Part shown: positions 18,670-28,183 of the stretch, one piece after another | Layout of the letters: each line of letters starts with the position of its first letter | Numbering within the stretch: position 1 is the first letter of the stretch | Assembly: GCA_963674705.1 (NCBI GenBank) | Contig: OY771506.1 | Coordinates: forward strand, 3,712,001 to 3,776,000 | DNA: 64,000 bases | Source of the DNA: Phycisphaeraceae bacterium | GTDB taxonomy: Bacteria; Planctomycetota; Phycisphaerae; Phycisphaerales; Phycisphaeraceae | Direction: 5' to 3' | The notes under the pieces: generated by a model | The model's input: the letters and a program-made list of their open reading frames with translations, nothing else | Database searches by the model: none | What the model was told of the DNA's origin: nothing | Program-made: the position numbers and the translations under genes

Positions 18670-20409
18670 TCAACTGTGTTCGGACCTGGCTGATGTCGCT
18701 AAAGCAGCCTTGAATTCTGTCAGGTTAGCAGCAGCCAGGCAATCACGTCTACTTTGCTCCGTATGGAACGCCTCGGCCACCGCGGCAAGCATCTCCAGTT
18801 GCGATTCGGGCATCGACTCAGGCGATAGAATCATGCAGATTATCTCCGCCAGCGTGCCGTCTGGCGAATCGAAGTCGATACCGCTATTAGATTGGCCGAT
18901 GACCACAACCGGTTGCTTGAGGTTGGCAAGCCTTGCGTGCGGCACCGCCAGCGCGTTAGGCAAGCCGGTGGATTCCATTTGCTCTCGCTGCCAGACCGCC
19001 TCACCGATCTGTGAGTGGTGGATCCCCGTGATCTTAGCGGCCGTCAGGGCGAGTTGCTCGATCGCCTGCTTGCGGTCGTTACCCTGAATCTGTCCGGCAA
19101 ATGACTTGTCGGGCAAGTAGTCGTTGAGCCGACGTTTCTGGCGCCTGCCCAATACACCCTGCATCGCGGGCCCGGCAAGCATACTCGTGCCGATAGCCAT
19201 GATCACGATCGCCACAAACAGCTTCTGTGATATAAGCCCGTGAGACATGGCAAGCTGCCCCAGGATGATTTCCATCGCACCGCGTGCGGACATCCCGAAC
19301 CCGATCGCCCACGATTCCCGTTTGCTCAGTTTCGCCCAGACCGCGCCGAAGTAGCAGCCGATCACCTTGCCGAGGATCGCCACCACCATCACCAAGACGA
19401 CCGCCAGCAGATCGAAGTGCTCCAGGAAGTTGACACGCAATCCGATGCCCGCGAAGAAGATCGGCGCGAATATGTTCGTGATGAACTGCGAGATTGTTTC
19501 GCGCGTCTTTTCCTTCAGGTGTTTGCTGTCGCCGATTGCAACACCGACGATAAACGCGCCGAAGATCGAATGGATACCGATCGCTTCGGTGATCGCAGCA
19601 CATAACAGCGACATCACCATCACAAACGACAACACCCCGCCCGGCCAGGTGCTATGCGCCTGAATAAACGGCAGCGTCTTATGCACCAGCCACCTGCCAA
19701 GCGTGAGCATCACGCTGACGAATAACAGTGTCAACCCGATCGTGACAAGCAGGTCACTCGTCCCGCCTGTTGCTTCGCCGCTGCTGATCAGCGCCAAAAC
19801 GATCGCAAAACCGATCCAGCCCACCAGGTCGTTGACCATGGCAGACGACAGGATCAGCATCCCCATGTCCGATCGGAACATGTTCAGGTCCATCAGGATC
19901 TTGGCGATGACCGGCAGGGCGGTGATCGACATCGCGATCCCGACGAACAACGCGAACGGCATCAGCATGTCCGACTCGCCGCCGAAACCGATCACGTTCG
20001 GCAGCCCGTACGCCAGCCCAAAGCCCAGTGCGAACGGGATCACCATCCCAGTTGTGCTGACCAGTAGTGCGGCCTTGCCTTGCTTCCAGACCACCGACAG
20101 ATCCACCTCAAGACCGGCAACCAGCAACAGCAATATGGCCGAAACCGTCACGAAACTGTCCAGTGCGATCCGCCCCTCCTCGTAGCCCGAGGCGGGGAAC
20201 AGCCATTCCATACCGACCGGGCTGATATACCCCAGCACGGTCGGGCCCAGCAGCACACCGGCCAGGATCTCGCCCAAGACCATCGGCTGATTAAATCGTC
20301 TGGCCAATTCCCCCAATACACGGGCAAGCCCCAGCAGCACGGCCAAGGCTATCATCAGCCGGGTAATGTCCGAGGGATCGAGCGTAGCGGCAGCTAACAT
20401 GTGCATCAT
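18670..20409 (-). CDS. CPA2 cation:proton antiporter fused to a PTS EIIA domain (paralog 1)
   Basis: VLGEILAGVLLGPT, SITALPVIAK, AMVNDLVGW, ARGAMEII; EIIA STGLPNALAVPHAR, FDSPDG. Confidence 0.9.
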   Translation of the reverse strand: MMHMLAAATLDPSDITRLMIALAVLLGLARVLGELARRFNQPMVLGEILAGVLLGPTVLGYISPVGMEWLFPASGYEEGRIALDSFVTVSAILLLLVAGLEVDLSVVWKQGKAALLVSTTGMVIPFALGFGLAYGLPNVIGFGGESDMLMPFALFVGIAMSITALPVIAKILMDLNMFRSDMGMLILSSAMVNDLVGWIGFAIVLALISSGEATGGTSDLLVTIGLTLLFVSVMLTLGRWLVHKTLPFIQAHSTWPGGVLSFVMVMSLLCAAITEAIGIHSIFGAFIVGVAIGDSKHLKEKTRETISQFITNIFAPIFFAGIGLRVNFLEHFDLLAVVLVMVVAILGKVIGCYFGAVWAKLSKRESWAIGFGMSARGAMEIILGQLAMSHGLISQKLFVAIVIMAIGTSMLAGPAMQGVLGRRQKRRLNDYLPDKSFAGQIQGNDRKQAIEQLALTAAKITGIHHSQIGEAVWQREQMESTGLPNALAVPHARLANLKQPVVVIGQSNSGIDFDSPDGTLAEIICMILSPESMPESQLEMLAAVAEAFHTEQSRRDCLAAANLTEFKAALATSARSEHS

Positions 20410-20590
20410 GAGGGATTACCGTGAAGAGAGTGGCTAACATTCAATAAAATGCGTGTGACAAGATAGCGAATTCAGGAAGACTTGGCGCACTTTAAATAAG
20501 GCCTGATCGAGATATTGCTATGAATGGCGTTCATATGATTCGTTATCCTTTTCCGCAGGTTATGTTCCTGTCGTGTGTTAGAATATAGGC

Positions 20591-21169
20591 ATGGTGGACA
20601 GACCAGACCAACAACAGACAGATATGTCGGCAGGTACACGCTGCGTCGTGCTGCTGGGCAACGGTGGGGCTGCGCCGGCAGACCTGCTCAGTGGTCTGTC
20701 CAAACGCGGTGTGAGTGTGACCGTTGTAACCGGCCCAGCCGCGGCGATGGTTGAACTGGCTCGCGAAACGGCAGGAGCGTTGATCGTCGTTGAACCGCAG
20801 CGCCAAACCTGGCTTCATGAACTCATCGAAGCCCTCAAGCACTATCACCCACGAACCGTCAGGTGGGGATACTGTAAGTCGGGCCCATCCTGTATCGCGC
20901 AACTGCAGCCACTTGAACCACGATCCAACAACCATCACTCAAGCAAAGACCAACGCTCCAATGCCAACGGCAAAGACAAGCCCCGGTACATCGTGCCGGA
21001 CCCTAAGTCACCGTTAGGCCGGGCTCAATCACAAATCCCGCGAGAGCGCGTCCGTTCGCTGGTCGTGAAAGTGCAGAACTCATCCGAAGTCGACGAGCCA
21101 TTGATCAGTGAGGAAGAACTGGCCATGCTGCTCGGGCCGGGCCCGGACGAAACGGGGGAAACTGCATGA
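20591..21169 (+). CDS. Hypothetical protein: receiver-like N-terminus, linker, acidic amphipathic C-terminal motif LISEEELAMLL
   Basis: Beta/alpha alternation (CVVLLG, VSVTVV, PAAAMVELA, ALIVVE); ATGA overlap with the cyclase. Confidence 0.7.
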   Translation: MVDRPDQQQTDMSAGTRCVVLLGNGGAAPADLLSGLSKRGVSVTVVTGPAAAMVELARETAGALIVVEPQRQTWLHELIEALKHYHPRTVRWGYCKSGPSCIAQLQPLEPRSNNHHSSKDQRSNANGKDKPRYIVPDPKSPLGRAQSQIPRERVRSLVVKVQNSSEVDEPLISEEELAMLLGPGPDETGETA

Positions 21170-22494
21170 GCGCTTCACCCGGCTTCAACTCCGATCTGTC
21201 AGCTAACACGCACAGCGACCCGATCGCTTCCAAGCATGCGATCGTTATCAGCCATGATGTTTATCAGGACCGTTTGGCCGACTTGATCGAAACATTAGGC
21301 ATGGCATGCACGGTGGTCCCGTCGTACCTGTCTGCATTGGGTGAGCTATCCAAGCATCCCGCTAAATTCGTGATAGGCCCGGCAAACGCTTGGCAAGGTT
21401 CGTTGCATGCCATTGTTGACGGCGCGCATACGATCTGTCGCGGTGTAAAACTGTTAGCGATCGCTGATGCTAGCGACGATGAGTATGTCCGTGAAGCGAT
21501 GGCCGCCGGTTTCGACGCGGTACTGAATCCACCGTTCGAGCTTGAAGCACTTCAACTTTTACTGCTGGATCCAAGTGAACAAGCCAACGAAACACAACCG
21601 GTGACCGAGTCGCACACGCGTACCGAGCAAACTGTCCAGAGTGAGGACGAAGTCCCCGGCGATGTGGACCTGATCGATGCAATCCTCTCACCCGAAAAGG
21701 ATATGAAGGATGTGGCGATCCACATGATCGAGGCGATTTCGGGGCTGCGTGGCGTAGGCGTCCGTCCTGCCGATGGCCAGCCCCCGGAGGGCGACGCCTG
21801 TGTCGATGTGTTGTATCGGGGTAAGTCACTGGGCAGGTTGCACGCCGCGCCGCCCGCGACAGAAGACCAACTCTACGCCTGGGCCGATTGGCTCGCACGC
21901 TGGCTGGCGATGGATAATCAGTTCACGGAATTATCCACGATGGCGCTTAAGGATGAACTGACCGGCGTCTGGAACCGCCGATACTTCAACCGCTTCCTCG
22001 AACGCATCATTCAGCGCGCTGCGGTCGACCGATCTCACATCACGCTGCTGGTTTTCGATATCGACGACTTCAAGCTCTACAACGATAAGTACGGCCACGG
22101 CACGGGCGACGATGTTCTTCGCGAAGCCGCCAGGTTGATGCAATCCGTCGTCCGTGAGCACGATGTCGTGGCTCGCATCGGCGGCGATGAATTTGCAGTC
22201 ATCTTCTGGGATAACGAGAAACCGCGCAAGCCAAACAGCGAGCACCCGCAGGACGTCGTCACCGCCGCCCGTCGATTTCAGGAAGCGATCTGTGCCCACC
22301 GATTCCCCAAGCTGCTGGATAAAGCAGTGGGGCGGCTGACCGTTTCAGGTGGGTTGGCAAGCTTCCCATGGGACGGCCGGACGCCCAAGGAACTGCTCGC
22401 CCGTGCCGACGCCATGGCCCTGCAATCCAAGCGTCAGGGCAAGAACGCAATCACCTTCGGGACCGGGGCCAAGCGGCAGGCATCAAGCCAATAA
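21166..22494 (+). CDS. Diguanylate cyclase with a degenerate receiver-like N-terminal domain
   Basis: DELTGVWNRR, DIDDFKLYNDKYGHGTGD, I-site REHD, intact GGDEF; EAMAAGFDAVLNPPF resembles a receiver C-terminus. Confidence 0.92.
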   Translation: MSASPGFNSDLSANTHSDPIASKHAIVISHDVYQDRLADLIETLGMACTVVPSYLSALGELSKHPAKFVIGPANAWQGSLHAIVDGAHTICRGVKLLAIADASDDEYVREAMAAGFDAVLNPPFELEALQLLLLDPSEQANETQPVTESHTRTEQTVQSEDEVPGDVDLIDAILSPEKDMKDVAIHMIEAISGLRGVGVRPADGQPPEGDACVDVLYRGKSLGRLHAAPPATEDQLYAWADWLARWLAMDNQFTELSTMALKDELTGVWNRRYFNRFLERIIQRAAVDRSHITLLVFDIDDFKLYNDKYGHGTGDDVLREAARLMQSVVREHDVVARIGGDEFAVIFWDNEKPRKPNSEHPQDVVTAARRFQEAICAHRFPKLLDKAVGRLTVSGGLASFPWDGRTPKELLARADAMALQSKRQGKNAITFGTGAKRQASSQ

Positions 22495-22610
22495 CGCGCA
22501 TATACTCCCACGCAGCCGGTTGTTATTCCCATATCCGATAAGTGTGGGGTTTTGAATGACTCGGATGATTCCTATTGTTATTCAAATGGCCTTGAGGTAG
22601 ACTCTTTGCT

Positions 22611-23339
22611 GTGGGTAATCAACAAAACTTCATCAGCCCAATCATCTTTTGTGTGATGACGATCGCAGCATGCTCACATGCTCATGCGCTTATCATTCCC
22701 GCACAATCGCGCGATGTGCCTGCAGGCAAAACCAATGTGCCCGTTCCCGAAGTGGAATGGATCTACAGCCCGAACTTCGATCTGCGCAGCTATACAACAG
22801 TGGATGTCGACGCAATCGTCATACATACCACCGAAGTCAATTACCAAGGCACATTGAACATATTTGAGAATCCTGAATCTGCCGTCAGCGCACATTTTGT
22901 CATCGCGCCTGATGGTCATATCGTGCAGATGGTGGATACCGCTTATAAAGCCTGGCACGCCACCTACTACAACAGCAGATCAGTCGGCATCGAAATGGTT
23001 GGCTATTCCTACAGCCAATCCACCTGGAACGAAAACAATCTCAATGCGCTCATGGACCTGCTCGCCTGGATAGCGACGTCCTATGACATCCCGATCGAAC
23101 ACCCTCTAGGCGATGCTTACGACTATCCCGGCGACACGTATGATGCTCCGGGCCTGGTTGCACACGGGCAGGTCCAGCCATGGAACCGTTCAGACCCCGG
23201 CCCGTACTTCCCTTGGCAAGAGGTACTGACGGGCACGCAACAGCGCATCGATGCCGCGGCGCCCGAGCCGGCAACTCTTACCCTATTGGTATCCGCCATT
23301 GGATTATGTCTTGGTTCCAGGCGTTCGCGAGGAGTGTGA
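22611..23339 (+). CDS. Secreted N-acetylmuramoyl-L-alanine amidase (Amidase_2) with a PEP-CTERM tail
   Basis: IVIHTT, SAHFVI, AWHA, SVGIEM, VAHGQV, RSDPG; signal peptide ending AHA; APEP-TM-RRSR. Confidence 0.88.
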   Translation: MGNQQNFISPIIFCVMTIAACSHAHALIIPAQSRDVPAGKTNVPVPEVEWIYSPNFDLRSYTTVDVDAIVIHTTEVNYQGTLNIFENPESAVSAHFVIAPDGHIVQMVDTAYKAWHATYYNSRSVGIEMVGYSYSQSTWNENNLNALMDLLAWIATSYDIPIEHPLGDAYDYPGDTYDAPGLVAHGQVQPWNRSDPGPYFPWQEVLTGTQQRIDAAAPEPATLTLLVSAIGLCLGSRRSRGV

Positions 23340-23582
23340 TAGATTTTCGGCAGTCCTTGTTTAGCGGTGTCGGACTTTTTAATCCAGGCTCCCGCTGACT
23401 GGGCTGGCAGAAGAACACTTCGACTCCGTTAACCGCATCAGTGCCAACTTAGCGGTTGTGACGTAAATGCGATACAATTTCCCTTTCGCTGAATGGAGCG
23501 GCTTGTTTAAGCTGATATCCCGTTGCGCGAAAAGCCCTATGACTTAAAGCCATAAGAAAATACCAACCGAAGGGTTATAGAA

Positions 23583-25553
23583 ATGTCTTTTGATTCCACA
23601 ATCCATACCAAGGCCGTCGAACTGACGCGCCTGGCATATGAAATGACCGCCGCCGCCGGGTCGGGCCACCCGACCAGTTGTGCGAGCCTGGCGCATATCG
23701 TTTCCGTCCTGATGTGTCAGCACATGCGCTATGAGCCGGTCAATCCCGGCCATCCCAGCAGCGATCGCCTGGTGCTATCCGAAGGGCACGCCGTCCCGAT
23801 CGTCTACGCCGCCTGCGTTGATCAGGGGGTACACATCGGCAAGGATAAATCCGAACTGCGAGCGATGACCCGGGACGATGCGATGACGCTGCGCGCGATC
23901 GATTCTGTCGTCGATGGTCATCCCAATCCCGCGGAAGGCTTCCCCTTCTTCGATACCGCGACCGGCTCGCTGGGCCAAGGCCTGTCACACGCCGCAGGCA
24001 TCGCCGCCGCTGCGCGGATCGACGGCCTGGACAAACGAGTCTTCTGCATCATCGGGGACGGTGAAGCAAGAGAAGGCCAGGTCTGGGAAGCCGTCGACTT
24101 CATCATCGAACAAGACCTCAAAGCAGTCTGCCCGATCTTCAACTGCAACGTCTTCGGTCAGTCCGACGAAGTCAGTGACCAGCAATCTCCCGCAACGATC
24201 GCCCGTAAGTTGGAAGCCTACGGCTATGAAGTCCTGACCATTGATGGGCATGTACCATCGCAGATCCAGAGCGCGCTGTCCCGCCATGTAGAAGTACAGT
24301 CCGATGCCGATGCGGCACCGGTTGCGATCGTCGCCAGGACGCAAAAAGGATGGGGTTCGCCTTCGCAACAGGGCGACGGCCATCACGGCAAACCCGCCAC
24401 TGGCGCTGAACTGGCCAAGGCGATCGAAGAATTGCAGGCGACCGGCCGATCACTCGGCGCGATCGCGGACACGCCCTTGAAGATCGGCATGATGTCGCCC
24501 AAGAAACCAGAGCCGGTGCATCCGCAAAAGGTCGTGCGCTTCAACGAAGCCTTGGCGCAGTATGGTTTAAATGATGCACTCGAAAAAGGCCGCTTTGCCA
24601 CGCGACGAGCCTATGGCGTCGCACTGCGGGCGCTTGGTCATGCTCATCAGGGTGTCGTCGCGCTCGATGCTGATGTCAGCAATTCGACTTACTCTGAAAT
24701 GTTCATGAAGGATGAAAAGCTGGCAAACAGGTACATCGAATGCCGGATCGCTGAGCAGAATATGTTCTCCGTGGCTGCGGGTATGAGCGCCGCGGGCAAG
24801 GTGCCGTACTGCTCGACTTTCGCCAAGTTCGTGGAACGTGGATACGACCAGATCGAAATGGCCGTCAACAGTGGGGCGAACTTCAAGGTCGTCGGGTCAC
24901 ACGCCGGCATCAGCCTCGCCGCCGACGGTCCGAGCCAGATGTCTTTGCCTGATATCGCCTGGTTCCGCGCATTTACGACAATGAAACGCCAGAACGGCAA
25001 GCCCGGTTTCTACATCCTGCAACCCAGCGACGCCTACCAGGCCTACGCCCTTACGATTGCCATGGCGGAATATGACGGCCCGTGCTATATGCGTACGCTC
25101 CGTCCCGATACCGAATTCCTCTACGGCGAAAACGATAACTTCACACTCGGTGGCCACGAAGTACTGACCGAAGGCCGCGACCTGCTCATCATCGCTTCCG
25201 GCTACATGGTGCACGAAGCCAACAAGGCGCTCGATGATCTGGATGCGCAAGGTATCGATGCCACTCTCGTCGACCTCTATTCGCTGCCATTCGATGGCGA
25301 AGCGATCCTCGATCTTGCCAACGACAACAACGGCATGGTCTTGACGCTGGAAGACAACTACGGCGGCGGGATCGGGTCTGCTGTGGCAGACGTCGCAGCG
25401 GAAGACGGCGGCGGCTTCACCGTTCAGCAGATGTATGTCCGCCGACTGCCCAAGTCAGGCCGAACCGCGGACGATGTGATGGCCTACTGCGGCCTGAGCG
25501 CAAGCGACATCGTTGCCAAAGCAATGTCAATGCTCGAACTGTCCGAAGCATAA
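23583..25553 (+). CDS. tkt: Transketolase (single chain, animal-TKT-like)
   Basis: GSGHPTSC, DRLVLSEGHA, GHPNP, TGSLGQG, ThDP motif GDGE...N, IAEQNM, DGPSQM. Confidence 0.9.
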   Translation: MSFDSTIHTKAVELTRLAYEMTAAAGSGHPTSCASLAHIVSVLMCQHMRYEPVNPGHPSSDRLVLSEGHAVPIVYAACVDQGVHIGKDKSELRAMTRDDAMTLRAIDSVVDGHPNPAEGFPFFDTATGSLGQGLSHAAGIAAAARIDGLDKRVFCIIGDGEAREGQVWEAVDFIIEQDLKAVCPIFNCNVFGQSDEVSDQQSPATIARKLEAYGYEVLTIDGHVPSQIQSALSRHVEVQSDADAAPVAIVARTQKGWGSPSQQGDGHHGKPATGAELAKAIEELQATGRSLGAIADTPLKIGMMSPKKPEPVHPQKVVRFNEALAQYGLNDALEKGRFATRRAYGVALRALGHAHQGVVALDADVSNSTYSEMFMKDEKLANRYIECRIAEQNMFSVAAGMSAAGKVPYCSTFAKFVERGYDQIEMAVNSGANFKVVGSHAGISLAADGPSQMSLPDIAWFRAFTTMKRQNGKPGFYILQPSDAYQAYALTIAMAEYDGPCYMRTLRPDTEFLYGENDNFTLGGHEVLTEGRDLLIIASGYMVHEANKALDDLDAQGIDATLVDLYSLPFDGEAILDLANDNNGMVLTLEDNYGGGIGSAVADVAAEDGGGFTVQQMYVRRLPKSGRTADDVMAYCGLSASDIVAKAMSMLELSEA

Positions 25554-25583
25554 TTGATTTCTAGTTTGAAGTGGTATGAAGCG

Positions 25584-26909
25584 TCAGGCTGCCAGTCGCG
25601 ATGGTGTCGGATGCGCCGGCATGGCGGTGGCAGCCTTGCTGCTGCGTCCAAGCACTTCGTCATACACGGACATGACAGCATCCATGCGCTTCTTGAAACT
25701 GAACGAATCGTGTACCCGCTTCTGAGAGCGGAGTACATATTCGCTGTGTATCTGCGGTTTGGATATCAGCGGGCTGATCTGCTGCGGCCATCGGCTGACA
25801 TCGTCATCCAGGATGATGCCGCAACGCCCGTTATCCAATAGATCGCTGACGCCACCAACGTTCGTCGCCGCAACCGGCACGCCCATCGCCATCGCTTCCA
25901 GCACAACGTTTGGTAATCCCTCAGTCCTGCTGGGTAGAACCAACGCGTCAAGCGCTTCATAGATCTCACGCGCATCCGATTGCCAACCCCACCAGTGGAT
26001 CGCATCCGTCACACCCTGCGATATCGCTTGAGCTTCAAGCTTCTTCCGCTCCGGGCCGTCACCGATCAGATGCAGCTCAGCCAGCGGATGATCCTGGAGC
26101 AACGCGGGCATCATCTGGATCGCGCGATCCACCGCTTTTTCCCGGCTGAATCGACCAATCACACCGATCGCAAAACGATCCGTCGACATACCCATACGAA
26201 CCTTGGCTTCTGCCGCGCTGTGTGATCTGGCGTACTCGTTGGTATCGATCGCATTCGGTATGTATTGCAAGCGTTCTGGATTCACGCCGTGCTCGGCACA
26301 ATGCATGATTAACTTCGGGCTGACTGTGATAACGCGGTCATACCCCAGCATCGCCAGGTTATCGATGTGGTAATACAAGCGTGTCCGCCAGGTTTCTCGT
26401 GTAAATCCGTGTGCGGTCGTCACCAGTTTCATCGGATGATAGCGCTTCAGCAGCAGGCCGATCAGGTTTGATTTGTAATCATGCCCGTGCCAGATATCGA
26501 CATCCAACTCGCGACAGAGTTCGAGCAGGGCGCGTAAGCTGTGATGATCCAGTGCGTGTGTCTCTGCCACTTCATACAGGGGGCACTTAAAATGTTGAGC
26601 GCTTTGCCGGATGATGCACATCCCCGGGTCACCTTCCGGATAGATGTACGCAGCAGACATCTTGTACCGCGACGGATCGGCATAACGCGGGCTGCGCAGG
26701 ATGGTTTTTTCAGGCCCGCCGCCACAACCCGCCACCACACGCACATGCAGCACATTCGCCGCTTTCGGTTTACGCGATAGTTTCTTTGGCAATACGACCG
26801 CAGATGTTGCCGGTTTCTTCTTAGGCAAAGGACGATCAACCTGACTCGACCCGTCGGGGAAGAGGTCGGCTGCCGTAAGCTTCAGGTTCTTAACTTTGAA
26901 GTCCCACAT
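25584..26909 (-). CDS. Glycosyltransferase family 4
   Basis: GGGPEK, HGHDYKSN, IGRFSREK, PSRTEGLPNVVLEAMA, TNVGG; ends RLAA. Confidence 0.93.
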   Translation of the reverse strand: MWDFKVKNLKLTAADLFPDGSSQVDRPLPKKKPATSAVVLPKKLSRKPKAANVLHVRVVAGCGGGPEKTILRSPRYADPSRYKMSAAYIYPEGDPGMCIIRQSAQHFKCPLYEVAETHALDHHSLRALLELCRELDVDIWHGHDYKSNLIGLLLKRYHPMKLVTTAHGFTRETWRTRLYYHIDNLAMLGYDRVITVSPKLIMHCAEHGVNPERLQYIPNAIDTNEYARSHSAAEAKVRMGMSTDRFAIGVIGRFSREKAVDRAIQMMPALLQDHPLAELHLIGDGPERKKLEAQAISQGVTDAIHWWGWQSDAREIYEALDALVLPSRTEGLPNVVLEAMAMGVPVAATNVGGVSDLLDNGRCGIILDDDVSRWPQQISPLISKPQIHSEYVLRSQKRVHDSFSFKKRMDAVMSVYDEVLGRSSKAATAMPAHPTPSRLAA

Positions 26910-26920
26910 CTACATGTGCC

Positions 26921-28162
26921 TTACAGCATGAACCCCGGGCAGGAGGCGCATGCGTTGTTCTTCGCTTCTTCTTCAGTTAGGCGTTTCTTGAAGCTGCGTC
27001 GCGACAGGCGGTATTGCTTGCCGTTCCAGATCTTGCCAAAACCCTGCTCAAATACATCGCCCAAGTCTTCGCCGGGATCGAACGAGCCGCAGCACGCCAC
27101 GACCTGCCCATCCCAGTTGATCACACTCTGACGCCACGGCCAGGGGCAGTTGAACGGCTTGCTGCCGTTGTAATCGCCTTGCTCAATCTCGCCGGTCTTA
27201 CGAATCTCGTTGTAGGGGCTCAGCACGTATTGCTGATCACTTGGCAACCAGTTCTCCACATGCTGCTTCACCTTCTTCTTGAGGATGTCATCAGCCAGCC
27301 CCAGTGGTTGCAACTTCTGATCCTGATCCTGGAAACGCACGTTCAGCGAAGCGGTCGAAAATACTGCCTTGCATCCCAACTCATCCGCGAGCTTCTGGAA
27401 AGCATCACGCTCATGCTCGTTGTACTTTGTCACAACAAAGTTCAACTGGATCGCAGGCGTGCTGCTGCCCATGCGGTCGCGCGTTTCAATGATGTGCCGG
27501 ATCTTCGCGACCGATTCATCGAATCGCTTACCCGGCTGATAAATCTCATACGTCTCCTGGCTCGCACCATGCAGCGAGCAGGTCAGCATATCCAGGCCCG
27601 ATTCAACCAGTTGCTCAGCCTGGCTCTTCTGGCCCGGCTTGGGATTGAGCTTGAAGGCATGCAGGTTCGAGCTGATATACGTCCAGATCCGTCTGTCGTG
27701 TGCGTGGCGGATCATCTTGTAGATATCCGGCACGATCAGTGGGTCGCCCCACATCGACAAGTCAAGATCACGCAGGTGCCACTTGAGCGAGTCGATCAGC
27801 GACTGCATCCTGGCAAGGTCCATCTTGCCCTTGGGCCGACCTTCCAGCCCGATGCCGGTGGGGCAGAGCTGACACTTGGTGTTGCAGATATTGGTTGGCT
27901 CGATCTTCATCGAATACGGCCGACCAATCACACGCTCGGTTTTCAAGGCAAACTGGATGTTAACCAGCGCCATGTTCCCGAGCTTGACGAACGTCAGGTA
28001 CCTGTGATTACGCCAGACGTGGAAAACACCGCGTGCGAAAAAGTCCACCAGGCCGATCAATCTGGCAACGACCGCGGGATACGTGCGCGATGCCTTCCAC
28101 CTGCCTGTCACTGCGACGGTTTGTGCGAGTGATCGTTCGACTTGTGTACTGATGGCTGTCAT
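26921..28162 (-). CDS. Radical SAM protein with a SPASM/Twitch domain
   Basis: CNTKCQLC motif; C-x17-CC and terminal CASC. Confidence 0.92.
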   Translation of the reverse strand: MTAISTQVERSLAQTVAVTGRWKASRTYPAVVARLIGLVDFFARGVFHVWRNHRYLTFVKLGNMALVNIQFALKTERVIGRPYSMKIEPTNICNTKCQLCPTGIGLEGRPKGKMDLARMQSLIDSLKWHLRDLDLSMWGDPLIVPDIYKMIRHAHDRRIWTYISSNLHAFKLNPKPGQKSQAEQLVESGLDMLTCSLHGASQETYEIYQPGKRFDESVAKIRHIIETRDRMGSSTPAIQLNFVVTKYNEHERDAFQKLADELGCKAVFSTASLNVRFQDQDQKLQPLGLADDILKKKVKQHVENWLPSDQQYVLSPYNEIRKTGEIEQGDYNGSKPFNCPWPWRQSVINWDGQVVACCGSFDPGEDLGDVFEQGFGKIWNGKQYRLSRRSFKKRLTEEEAKNNACASCPGFML

Positions 28163-28183
28163 GGTTTGGTCAGATCATCCTTG

